From a virus (taxonomy: Duplodnaviria > Caudoviricetes): a stretch of 64,000 nt of DNA. Positions within the stretch are counted from its first letter, which is position 1; every line of letters starts with the position of its first letter. The translations under genes were made by a program, and so were the position numbers. This document shows positions 39,475 to 48,610 of this stretch, in pieces. Location of the stretch: positions 2,863-66,862 of IMG/VR virus record IMGVR_UViG_2907408351_000001, one strand, 5' to 3'. The notes beneath the pieces were generated by a model. The model searched no databases. It worked only from the letters and a program-made list of their open reading frames with translations, and was not told the DNA's origin.

Positions 39475-40926
39475 ATGACCGGTCCTCACACGCTCGATCA
39501 ATTGATCGAAATTAAAAAAGCGTTCGAAGCAAACACGGCGTTAAACGGCGCAACTCCTTTTGTGGATATCAACTCCTCGGGTGCTGTTTTGTCTATGCAG
39601 TCACTTGACAAAGTGTTTGTCGCAACCGTTTCGACTGACAAAGATTTTAAGTTTTTAAAAGAAGTTCCGAGAAGAACCACAAACCAGGTGATCGTGGAAT
39701 ACAACCGAAATCGTTCTCACGGTGGAGGATGGTATAATTCTTCCTATATCGGACAGTCCGATGAACCTTCTTTTAGAGATCCTCAACTCGATCGTTTGTA
39801 TAACGAGATCAACTACATTGCGGAAGGATATTCTTTTAACAAAGTTGTCGATACCGTAAACAACTCACAAGATCCCGAACTTACACAATCCAATGCCGCA
39901 CTTAGGCGCGGTATGGAAAACCAAATGAGAAAAATTTGGTTTGGAAAAAAGGATTTAAACAAACTCGAACAAGACGGATTTGAAACGCAAGTTAAATCAT
40001 TAGGTAAGAATTTCTATACCGATTGTCGCGGCGCGTTACCCGCAGTCGATGAAATGAAATACTATAGTTCTCAAGTGAGAACCAAACAGTTCGGTCAGGT
40101 GAACTATGCAAAAATGCACCCGGCGACAAAAGCACTCTACGACCAAAATTATGACAGAGTAGGCGGAGCTATTGTAATTCAAAATAACAATCAGTCCCCT
40201 GGAAATACTTCTCTCAGCAATATCGTTCACGGCGTCGCGGATTCAAACGCCAAAGACAACATTATCCTTTTTGACGACGATATCTGGCTCGATCGCCATG
40301 AATGGGGAGTCCCGATGAAACACGACCAAGTTGGGACTTGGGTGGAAGGGGCAACAAGCGATACAGATGCACCCGCGACTCCTTCGTTTTCTATCGCGTC
40401 CTTACCGTCTGTTCCAGGTTCACTTTTTACCGGATCGTATGTAGGAACCTACAAATACAGGATCTCTGCCGGAGACTTTAGACATTGGTCCAAAGCGTGT
40501 AACGAACAAAGTATTGCGATTCCAAACGGAGGAGCCGCAGAACTTACGATCACTCCGGGAACTGGTGGAGTTCCTGAAACCAGATATGTGATCTTTCGTG
40601 AAACGGGACCGAATTCTTCTCTCATCCGTTACATGAGAGAGGTAAAGAAAAACACTGCGGGTCCGACTACAATCGTACAGGATTTAAACGAAGATTTACC
40701 CGGAACCACGATCATGGTGATGGGAGATTTTAATTCTAAGTCGGCGAGTGACGATACAAGAACTCTCGTCTTGACGGAACTTTTGGGATATACGAAAACG
40801 CTTTTTCCTTACGGAGCTGGTGGAGCTTTACGTTCCCGTTTAGGAATCGTTGAAAACTATAGCGTTCTTCAAATTCTCGCGGAAGACAAGTTCCGTGTCT
40901 TTACGAATGTTCCAGTAAGACTCTAA
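39475..40926 (+). CDS. major capsid protein (phage K/A511 Cps-like)
   Basis: GAVLSMQSLD..VPRR..VEYN..HG..DP..VNNSQDP..IWFG..DG..DLNEDLPGT..ELL pattern; strong terminator downstream. Confidence 0.85.
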   Translation: MTGPHTLDQLIEIKKAFEANTALNGATPFVDINSSGAVLSMQSLDKVFVATVSTDKDFKFLKEVPRRTTNQVIVEYNRNRSHGGGWYNSSYIGQSDEPSFRDPQLDRLYNEINYIAEGYSFNKVVDTVNNSQDPELTQSNAALRRGMENQMRKIWFGKKDLNKLEQDGFETQVKSLGKNFYTDCRGALPAVDEMKYYSSQVRTKQFGQVNYAKMHPATKALYDQNYDRVGGAIVIQNNNQSPGNTSLSNIVHGVADSNAKDNIILFDDDIWLDRHEWGVPMKHDQVGTWVEGATSDTDAPATPSFSIASLPSVPGSLFTGSYVGTYKYRISAGDFRHWSKACNEQSIAIPNGGAAELTITPGTGGVPETRYVIFRETGPNSSLIRYMREVKKNTAGPTTIVQDLNEDLPGTTIMVMGDFNSKSASDDTRTLVLTELLGYTKTLFPYGAGGALRSRLGIVENYSVLQILAEDKFRVFTNVPVRL

Positions 40927-40956
40927 AGTCACCCCGAAAAACGTTTAGAAACATTC

Positions 40957-40985
40957 AAAGGGGTAGAGTTTTCTACCCCTTTTTT
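40957..40985 (+). terminator. intrinsic terminator after the capsid gene
   Basis: AGGGGTAGA-gttt-TCTACCCCT followed by a T run. Confidence 0.85.
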
Positions 40986-40987
40986 GT

Positions 40988-41731
40988 ATGAACTACGAAC
41001 AACTCTTTGAACAAGGAAAATTTCCAAAAACCAGATTCGTTCTAAATCGAATCGCAAAAGCGACTCAAGAGGCGTGGACGAACAATACACTCGCCGCAAA
41101 ACCTAGCTGGTGGGGAAGAATGGCAATGTCCAATCGTCCCGGAGGAGGGGGAGGAATTTTAATACGTCCTATTCCGGGAGGATTTCAAGTATATCATCCG
41201 AATAAGGGAAAGTATAATTACATGGCGGTCATCGAACGAGGTAGAGGACGTTACGATATGCGTCCCTCACTTCTTGGTGGAAGTCGAGCGAGAATGGGTG
41301 AGAACGGTCCTTATGTAATCGTTCCGATAACTAAAAATGAAAATGGAACTCGTGTTAGTCCAAAAAACAATTCAATCAATTCTGTGATCATTAAAACCGG
41401 AACTTTCAAAGAGGAGAATGCTCACGGACAAATGGTAACAAGAAACCGTTACAAATACAGGCAAGATCCTGGCATGACTGGTAAAGGAAACGTATTTGCA
41501 AGAGAACAAAAGTACAAAAATGGAACCGTTCAAAGATCCTTCGTAAAATTCGTCGTTGTTACCGAAAAAAGTCGCGACTTCTTTCAACCGGCGATTCCAG
41601 CTCAAAAAATTCTAGCAGGAATCAAAGAGGATGTGAAATCAGCGTTAAAATCTAAAACTCTAAAGCAAGCAGTCGCTTTAGATGCCAAAAATCTGATTTT
41701 AGACTTACTCAGTAAAAAAAAGAACCGATAA
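40988..41731 (+). CDS. basic neck/tail-completion protein (putative)
   Basis: IERG..YDMRPSLL..G.NGPYVIVP motif; position. Confidence 0.55.
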   Translation: MNYEQLFEQGKFPKTRFVLNRIAKATQEAWTNNTLAAKPSWWGRMAMSNRPGGGGGILIRPIPGGFQVYHPNKGKYNYMAVIERGRGRYDMRPSLLGGSRARMGENGPYVIVPITKNENGTRVSPKNNSINSVIIKTGTFKEENAHGQMVTRNRYKYRQDPGMTGKGNVFAREQKYKNGTVQRSFVKFVVVTEKSRDFFQPAIPAQKILAGIKEDVKSALKSKTLKQAVALDAKNLILDLLSKKKNR

Positions 41732-41757
41732 TCCGTTTCCGTTTAAGATCCGGATGA

Positions 41758-42534
41758 ATGGATATAAGTCTTCGGGAAGAAGAAGCTAGACAACAAGACG
41801 GACGCGATCGGGGGGCTATCCTAATCACGTATCCAGCTCCTCCGGAAGATACGGTTGTAGAATATTTTCGTAATTCCTTACCACTCACAGGCCTTGCACT
41901 ACGAAACATTGATGTTCCTATCGAACACGGTCATCCGCTCTATCAAGAAGGAGTTTCGACGACTGGACCGAATACAAAATTTCCAAAGATTGGAATCGAA
42001 TGCACAACGGATCGAAATACTCAATTTTTAGGATTAAACGAACATCACTTTAAGAATTCAGAATCTTTCCGAAAATATTTAACTAAGATTTCAGAACTAC
42101 CTGAAAGCCAACGCCTTCCGACAAAGGCTTTCTTAGATGAATTTAGTCGAAAGAAAAATTTCCAACAACTTCAATACACCGTTGAATCAGAGGTAGTCAT
42201 TTGCGGGTTCGCGACAGGTAACGCCGGTCGAAACACAAATAAATGGATCTATGACGCCGCTCTTGCCGTGACAATGCTCATGGCTAATGATCTTCCCGTC
42301 CTTTATCCAGGACTAACTGTTTTTCTTCCCGAAGACACAGAACCTAATTTAAGCACCGCCGATTTCTCTGAACCTTTCTGGGGGTTTGAAATCAGAGTAA
42401 AACTCATTCAAACAAAATCAATTTTTCGAACCAAACCTTCATTCCTTTTTCCCGATATTAGCTCCTTCGATGTATTTTTATCGGGAAGCAAAACCCGACT
42501 GGAAGGCAACTTCGGGTTAGAGGATAATCCTTAA
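41758..42534 (+). CDS. tail terminator-like protein (putative)
   Basis: FPKIGI motif; upstream of the sheath gene. Confidence 0.45.
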   Translation: MDISLREEEARQQDGRDRGAILITYPAPPEDTVVEYFRNSLPLTGLALRNIDVPIEHGHPLYQEGVSTTGPNTKFPKIGIECTTDRNTQFLGLNEHHFKNSESFRKYLTKISELPESQRLPTKAFLDEFSRKKNFQQLQYTVESEVVICGFATGNAGRNTNKWIYDAALAVTMLMANDLPVLYPGLTVFLPEDTEPNLSTADFSEPFWGFEIRVKLIQTKSIFRTKPSFLFPDISSFDVFLSGSKTRLEGNFGLEDNP

Positions 42535-42752
42535 TGGAAGAAGACGTAAATTTGCAAAGGGGAAAAGTTGATTCAAAAGTTTTAACTAAACCCAAAACAA
42601 ATCAAACACCCCAAGAGTTTCTTCTCTTTAAAGAAAGAGAACTTGGAAGAACGATTACTCCCCGTTTCCGTGAATACTTTTTTCGTGAATTAAAAGCAAA
42701 GGGTAACAACTCCTTCGAGGAAATTTGGAGGGCTGTGAATCATGGGAACTAG
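42534..42752 (+). CDS. small hypothetical tail-region protein
   Basis: 72-aa ORF with GAGG SD, immediately before the sheath gene. Confidence 0.6.
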   Translation: MEEDVNLQRGKVDSKVLTKPKTNQTPQEFLLFKERELGRTITPRFREYFFRELKAKGNNSFEEIWRAVNHGN

Positions 42753-44550
42753 GGATGTAGAATTCTTAGGTCGCGGATACATCCAGCCAGGAGCGCGCGG
42801 AGCTTTCCGAGTTAAAGCTCAAAGTACAGGCATTTCTCCAGATCTAAATACTCTCGTACTAATTGGATCCGCAGACAACGGCTACGACGCAGGGGACACA
42901 AGTCTCGAAATATCGAAACGAGTTTTAGAATTTAGCGGTGCCGACGAAGCGAAGTCGGTATTTTTTTCCGGCGATTTAGCAGACGCAGTTTCAAACGCAT
43001 TCTCTCCTTCCAAAGATTCTCGTTTTACAGCTGGTCCCCAGCTTATCAAAGCTCTGAACATAAACCCAAACGTTTCTGCAAGTGCTACCGCCTCATCGAT
43101 CGTTGCAACGGTTACGAATACCGTAAAAGCAATCGTTCCCGGTCCGAGAGGAAATCAAATTCGGTTTCGGGTAACGAACGGGGGAACGATTATTCAAATC
43201 GGAGATAGTGACGGAATCGGAACTTCTTCTCCCTTAGAATCAAACGAATTACAAATTCAATATGTAGGCGACGGACAAAACGCAATCCTATCTTTCGACG
43301 GGACTATACTCCGAGTAACCCTTTCGGGAACTGCTCCAACGGATGGGTCCGGAAACCTAACCGTTCCAATCAAAGACTATTCAACACTTGGAGAACTCGT
43401 CGGATATGTTTCGAGTCGTGTCGGTTATCAGATTATTCTTCTTTCGCAACCCGACCGGAAAACTGCAAACCTAGACTATCTTTCCCTTGCCGATGCTGTG
43501 GATGTAAAAACCGTTCCGGTCACGATGAAGTCGCTTCTTTTCCAGCAAGAGAGATTCTTCTTAGGAAACGGGCTTGCTCAAATTGTCGCAACTCCGGAAA
43601 GAAAACCACTCGCAGACATGGCGTCTTTTACCTATCTAAACGGTGGTTCAACGGGGATTGCAACCGCACAGGACTATATCGACGCAATCGATTTTGTTTT
43701 TGATACGGAAGTTTCCAAAGGTTTTTACGTCAACGTCTGCACTTCGATCCAATCAGTCGTGCTCTATCTTGCTGATAAACTAGCATTCGGAAATTCACCC
43801 GACGGAGCCGATGAAAGATTTGGTGGGGCAGGACTCGACTTAACGAAATCAGTCGATGCAAGAATCGAAGACATCAAGTCTGCCAATTCCGAATACATGG
43901 TTTTGGGGTTTTCTCCAATCACTCGTTACGCGGCGGACAAGATAACTTTAAAAACGTACCCCGGCTGGATGCTTGCGGTTTTGCATAACGCAATCAAAGC
44001 ATCCGGTAACGTAAGAGAAACCGCGACCTACAAAGACCTAAATATCGTAGACGCACCCGAAAAATTATCTAAGAACCAAATCAAAAAAATACTAAGAGCG
44101 GGTGGACTTGTCGTTACGAGAAAGCCAAATAACGGTGCGTTCAAGATCGAAATGAGTCTGACCTCATATCAGGCTCAAAACCTGATTAAAAATCAAGCCT
44201 CGACCGTTTGCACAGCTCTTGCTCTCGTAAAGGACTTTAGAGAGTGGCTCGACGTAACCTTTATCGGCGAAGTACCTACAGATCCCGACGCACTTGGAAC
44301 AAATCTTACTGACGCGGACATTCGGACCGCAGTAACACAACGTTTTCGTAATGTGTACATTACACAATACGGCTGGCTTACAAGAAACATCTACACAGGG
44401 GAACCCGCATTCGACGAGAAGTTCGATATTCGTCGTGATGGTGACGCCGTGTATTTCGTATTCCCTGACGGCAAGATAGTAAGTCCGATCAACTACATGT
44501 TCTTTCTAGTCAATTTGGACGTTATTCGCGGAACGAATAACGGAGGTTAA
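42742..44550 (+). CDS. tail sheath protein
   Basis: 602 aa; IQPG N-terminus, LVLIGSA..G, PGPRGN, LNGGSTG; followed by the tube gene. Confidence 0.9.
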   Translation: MGTRDVEFLGRGYIQPGARGAFRVKAQSTGISPDLNTLVLIGSADNGYDAGDTSLEISKRVLEFSGADEAKSVFFSGDLADAVSNAFSPSKDSRFTAGPQLIKALNINPNVSASATASSIVATVTNTVKAIVPGPRGNQIRFRVTNGGTIIQIGDSDGIGTSSPLESNELQIQYVGDGQNAILSFDGTILRVTLSGTAPTDGSGNLTVPIKDYSTLGELVGYVSSRVGYQIILLSQPDRKTANLDYLSLADAVDVKTVPVTMKSLLFQQERFFLGNGLAQIVATPERKPLADMASFTYLNGGSTGIATAQDYIDAIDFVFDTEVSKGFYVNVCTSIQSVVLYLADKLAFGNSPDGADERFGGAGLDLTKSVDARIEDIKSANSEYMVLGFSPITRYAADKITLKTYPGWMLAVLHNAIKASGNVRETATYKDLNIVDAPEKLSKNQIKKILRAGGLVVTRKPNNGAFKIEMSLTSYQAQNLIKNQASTVCTALALVKDFREWLDVTFIGEVPTDPDALGTNLTDADIRTAVTQRFRNVYITQYGWLTRNIYTGEPAFDEKFDIRRDGDAVYFVFPDGKIVSPINYMFFLVNLDVIRGTNNGG

Positions 44551-44552
44551 AA

Positions 44553-44984
44553 ATGGCTAAGAGCGCACGGCCGAATCCGGCTGTTCTCACGGGTAACGAC
44601 GCAATCGTTAAAATTAACGGTCAAGCAGTCGGTTTTATGAAATCGTTACGAGTGAACGTAAACAATAACGTTGAAAGAATTCAAGCACTCGGATACAGAA
44701 AACCAAGAGGTTTAAAGTCTCTTGCATGGCAAGGAACAGCATCGGGTGAGTTTCATATTCTGAGAACTCCTGTTGAAGGAGTCGTCGTAATTGATACGAA
44801 TAGCGATGAACACGCCGACGATCTCTATGATATTTTAGTCATAGACAAAACTACCGGAAAACGTGTTGGTCTTCTCACAGGAGCCGTGAATACCGACGGT
44901 TTCGGATTAAATAATAACGAATTCTCCGGAAGAGAGATCGAATTCGAGTTAATGGATTGGGAGCCTATGGAAGCATTCAATTGA
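44553..44984 (+). CDS. tail tube protein
   Basis: TGNDAIVKINGQAVG..ALG pattern; 143 aa after the sheath. Confidence 0.85.
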   Translation: MAKSARPNPAVLTGNDAIVKINGQAVGFMKSLRVNVNNNVERIQALGYRKPRGLKSLAWQGTASGEFHILRTPVEGVVVIDTNSDEHADDLYDILVIDKTTGKRVGLLTGAVNTDGFGLNNNEFSGREIEFELMDWEPMEAFN

Positions 44985-45024
44985 AAGAATTTTAAATGGT
45001 TCCCATAGTCTGCGATAATATGCT

Positions 45025-46389
45025 TCAGAGATGACAAATCCCGAACAGGAAACAGAGCAATATCCAATCCAAATCAGAAATTGGACCCGGTTCAACCCTA
45101 CCTGTGTTCTCACCACCATTATCAGTTGGAGGAGGTGGCGGCGGCGTTACTGGTGGATTTTTTGGAAGGTGCCAACCTAAGCTTTTGATTTTTGATGAAA
45201 CGTGATAACCCCAAACAGTTAATCCAATCGCATTTGGATGAACAAGATCTCCCATCAGTGCGTCATTTGCGACCCATGGTTCTAATGTAGAAGGGTTTAC
45301 AAAAGCTTCCCAAAGACGAAGGTATTCCAATGTTAATCCTTGAGCTTGAAAATAAGGATTTCTACGAGCTTGAATTTCGGAATATGCACCTTCCTGAATA
45401 CCCATTAGAAACGAAGGCAATGTGCCTGCGGCGGCTTGATTTGCCGCAATCCAACAAAAATAGGCGGGAATTTGTCCATTGGCTGGAATTTTTGATCCAA
45501 AGCATGTGCCGCTTTGTTCTGGATTTAAAAGATAACCCGCCCCTGCTAAAGCGGCACCAGACATCATATCGGAAAGTGCAACAACCCCTCCATAGGCAAT
45601 CAACGCATTACTAAGAATCGGTTTCATTTCTGTTAGGGAATTTTTAAATTCTTGCTGACTTGATATTGAAAATCCTTGAAGGATTGCTTGATATTTATAA
45701 TTTACGCCGTCAAAAGCGTATCCATTTTTTCCTGGCAAACCTCTTTGAGCTGACCATCCAACAGCCGGGTAATTACCAATGATTAAAACATTTTTCCTAA
45801 CTTGATATAGCTTGGTAATTGCCTTTTCAATATTATTCAATGCTCGATTTATGTATTCTTGTGAATGCCATGGCATCATAACTAACATTAGAAAATTTTG
45901 AAGATAATCATTACCACCAATTTCAAAAGCTACGTTAGGAGCTATTTTGTAATTTGGTTTGTTGGTTAGGCATGTCGTGATTTGACTTAGCATAGCCTCG
46001 GAATTATCACCACCGTGTCCAAAGTTTTGGATGTCCCAAGAGGAGTCTGTTCCTAAGTAAAAATCCAAACTCGAAACTCCATAGAAAAGTCCTGGTGAAA
46101 ATGATTTACCTGGATAATCGTTATTATGCATGATCGGTGCATAAAAAGCGGCCGCATTGATATCTTTAGGTACCGCATTGGCAAAGTCAATTCGACTGTC
46201 GCCATAGAAGGTGACCGTTGTTTTCGAATAATAAAGCGGGTTCGAAGGATCTGGTGTTGTTTGAATCGGATCATCAAATTTCCCCACTGTATTACAATCA
46301 GGTACGTCTGGAATACCAAAAAAAGGTTGAGCCATTAAAGAAGAAGATATTAAGAACGTAAATATGGAAATCGCGTTTAGTAATTTCAT
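45025..46389 (-). CDS. secreted SGNH/GDSL hydrolase with Pro-rich linker and hydrophobic C-terminal tail
   Basis: Signal peptide; FYGDS, GHGG, EIGGND and DLVHP blocks. Confidence 0.85.
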   Translation of the reverse strand: MKLLNAISIFTFLISSSLMAQPFFGIPDVPDCNTVGKFDDPIQTTPDPSNPLYYSKTTVTFYGDSRIDFANAVPKDINAAAFYAPIMHNNDYPGKSFSPGLFYGVSSLDFYLGTDSSWDIQNFGHGGDNSEAMLSQITTCLTNKPNYKIAPNVAFEIGGNDYLQNFLMLVMMPWHSQEYINRALNNIEKAITKLYQVRKNVLIIGNYPAVGWSAQRGLPGKNGYAFDGVNYKYQAILQGFSISSQQEFKNSLTEMKPILSNALIAYGGVVALSDMMSGAALAGAGYLLNPEQSGTCFGSKIPANGQIPAYFCWIAANQAAAGTLPSFLMGIQEGAYSEIQARRNPYFQAQGLTLEYLRLWEAFVNPSTLEPWVANDALMGDLVHPNAIGLTVWGYHVSSKIKSLGWHLPKNPPVTPPPPPPTDNGGENTGRVEPGPISDLDWILLCFLFGICHL

Positions 46390-46910
46390 GGAAGAGCCTC
46401 AAAAGTAATCGTCGCACAGGAAATATTCGGATACTGATCTGAATTCGGTTCTATTAGAATTAATACCTGTTGATTTGCAAAAGAAGGAATTGTGCAAGTT
46501 TGAGTTCCGCCTGAAACGTAATTCGAATATGTACCTTGGTTGCAAGAAACTAATGAATCAGTAGCACGAATATTTGGCCTTAGACAGTTTTTAATTATCA
46601 AATTAACTCCACAGGCAGGATAATCTGCTGACAAAGTAAAAGAATACTTCAGTCCATTCGGACCGGTCGTCATACGATATCTTTTACTATTTCCAGTGAT
46701 TGAGACAGGTGCGCTGAGTGGTAGAATAGATGATTCGCTTGGATTTTGGCAGGCGGAATCATACGGCCCAGAGGAACCTAGAATTGTTTCAGACCAAATT
46801 ACTAGTAAGCCCTCATTAATCCCTCCCTTATTTTCTTCCTGACAGGAGACAAATCCGAAAATAAGAATTGAAATACAAAAACTGATAATAATTTTTTTGA
46901 ACTTTTTCAT
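46386..46910 (-). CDS. lipoprotein (Cys-containing)
   Basis: MKKFKK, hydrophobic stretch, FVSC lipobox. Confidence 0.75.
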   Translation of the reverse strand: MKKFKKIIISFCISILIFGFVSCQEENKGGINEGLLVIWSETILGSSGPYDSACQNPSESSILPLSAPVSITGNSKRYRMTTGPNGLKYSFTLSADYPACGVNLIIKNCLRPNIRATDSLVSCNQGTYSNYVSGGTQTCTIPSFANQQVLILIEPNSDQYPNISCATITFEALP

Positions 46911-46912
46911 TT

Positions 46913-47614
46913 TTAAAGACCCCTTTTCGCCATTTCGTCGATCGCCGCTTTTCTAAGAGAAACTAGCCAAGCCAAATTCTTTTCTAAGATTTGTTTTTCC
47001 TGGTCCGGAAGCTCTGTTATATAATCTTGAAGATAAGAATAGGCAAAGATTCCTATAAAAGAATTTGATCTTAAATTAGTGAGTTGTAAAGTCGAAAGCT
47101 TTGGGACTTCTGTTAAAGCACTTCCATAATAAGAATTCATTTGGTTCAGTTTGGATTCATATCTTGCTTGTTGTTCTTCCGGCGTAAGAGTTTTAGGAGG
47201 AAGGGGAGTCCCATTTTTCCAAGCCTGAGCCTCTGCATCGATCTCGCCTGGAGAAAGTACAACGTATTGATTCAGTGAAGAAAAATCGGATGTTGTCTTT
47301 TGAAGAGCTTCCGGCGTTAAAAGTTCTTGAGATTCTAAATTCTTTTCCAATTCCAATGTAGAATGAATTTCTTCATCACTTGGGAGATATTTTGCATTTG
47401 GATCGTAAGAATTTGAGTTAGAGGGAGAATTCTGATTTGAAGAATCTGGATTTCGGATCCCTAAGAGAAGAGGAGTTATTTTTTGAGTGAGTTGTTTTTT
47501 ACGCAAACGGGGGTCTGGTGCAGTAAAGTCACCGCAATTCATTTGAAAGAGAAATAACGTTAAAAGAAAACTAGCTGACTTAGTAGAAATGCGCATTCTG
47601 TCCCTATATTTCAA
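46913..47614 (-). CDS. lipoprotein
   Basis: Hydrophobic stretch then FQMNC spirochaetal-type lipobox; start may be an internal ATG. Confidence 0.65.
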   Translation of the reverse strand: MKYRDRMRISTKSASFLLTLFLFQMNCGDFTAPDPRLRKKQLTQKITPLLLGIRNPDSSNQNSPSNSNSYDPNAKYLPSDEEIHSTLELEKNLESQELLTPEALQKTTSDFSSLNQYVVLSPGEIDAEAQAWKNGTPLPPKTLTPEEQQARYESKLNQMNSYYGSALTEVPKLSTLQLTNLRSNSFIGIFAYSYLQDYITELPDQEKQILEKNLAWLVSLRKAAIDEMAKRGL

Positions 47615-47898
47615 AAATATATCCCAAAGTCGGGCTTTGTGCGCTTTATGTCAAATTAATTGTCTTTAAAAAGTAGCCATATTTTTTTTGTTTCAAATAC
47701 GAAAAAATAATCACTGACCTATCTATCGATTTCTCAGCGAATTTGATAGGGCCTATTTCATATTGCTTTATAATTTGATTGGCTCTTGTTTAGATTTTAT
47801 TTTTGTTTAAGCAATATGAACTCATAATTCTAATCCGTTCACTTTTTGCGGATCAAAGTAATCTTCTCCGATATCGAACTAACTTAGATGATTGATGA

Positions 47899-48546
47899 AT
47901 GAGAATTCTGGAACCTAATAAGAGAGTTACTTTAAATGCAAAATACGAAAGCGACTCTTACAAATTCGAAGCGGAAATTGCTGACCCTAGTACGGAACTT
48001 GACATTGAAATTGCGGTTGCAAAAAGACTAAACGGCGCATCGCTTGAATCGATTCCAAATACGACCTACGGATATATCTACGCAATCGCTACTTTAAATC
48101 ACGTCATCAAAGAAATCCCTGAAGATTTTCCGATTCCAGACATCCAGACCTTTGAACAGATAAGAGACAAAGAGTTTGTCATCAGACTCTTTAAAGAATA
48201 TGAGAAAAAGGAAAACTGGTTTAAATCAGAGTTAAAAAAAAATCGGGACGCTCGACGCACTGAACGACGAAGAGAATCTTCTCGACCTCTTTCTAATGAA
48301 CCAGATGAAAATACTTCCGAGAGGAGTCACGCATCTGGGAAATCTATTTCTCGAACAAAAGAGATTCATCCTCGAAGCAACAGCAAGACTGGACATTCCG
48401 AATCTTCTCATGAGAGCGAAACTGAAGTCTCAGAAACGCCAAGTAATGAAGATGAAATCGATGGAATTCCTAGAGAATATAAGCCCGACAATGGCCAGTA
48501 TCCTGGAGGCAGAGGCCGGGTATTCACAAGACATGCTCATGAGTGA
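47899..48546 (+). CDS. tail assembly chaperone
   Basis: Between tube and tape measure; A9 run at 48234-48242. Confidence 0.7.
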   Translation: MRILEPNKRVTLNAKYESDSYKFEAEIADPSTELDIEIAVAKRLNGASLESIPNTTYGYIYAIATLNHVIKEIPEDFPIPDIQTFEQIRDKEFVIRLFKEYEKKENWFKSELKKNRDARRTERRRESSRPLSNEPDENTSERSHASGKSISRTKEIHPRSNSKTGHSESSHESETEVSETPSNEDEIDGIPREYKPDNGQYPGGRGRVFTRHAHE

Positions 48547-48610
48547 AGGAGAATTAAAGCGTAAAGAACTCTTAGAAAGAATCGATAACGAATTAAAATT
48601 CTATGGCTGA
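48236..48610 (+). CDS. tail chaperone frameshift extension (+1/-2 frame)
   Basis: Frame opens right after TAA 48233-48235 at the A9 run and overlaps the tape-measure start. Confidence 0.65.
   Translation, partial: KKIGTLDALNDEENLLDLFLMNQMKILPRGVTHLGNLFLEQKRFILEATARLDIPNLLMRAKLKSQKRQVMKMKSMEFLENISPTMASILEAEAGYSQDMLMSEGELKRKELLERIDNELKFYG

Noticed and set aside
39455-39480. Scaffold stop directly followed in frame by the capsid ATG (TAAATG), suggesting readthrough fusion
   Set aside because: A GAGGT SD precedes the capsid ATG and the same junction type occurs at 50742/50743; ordinary coupling is simpler
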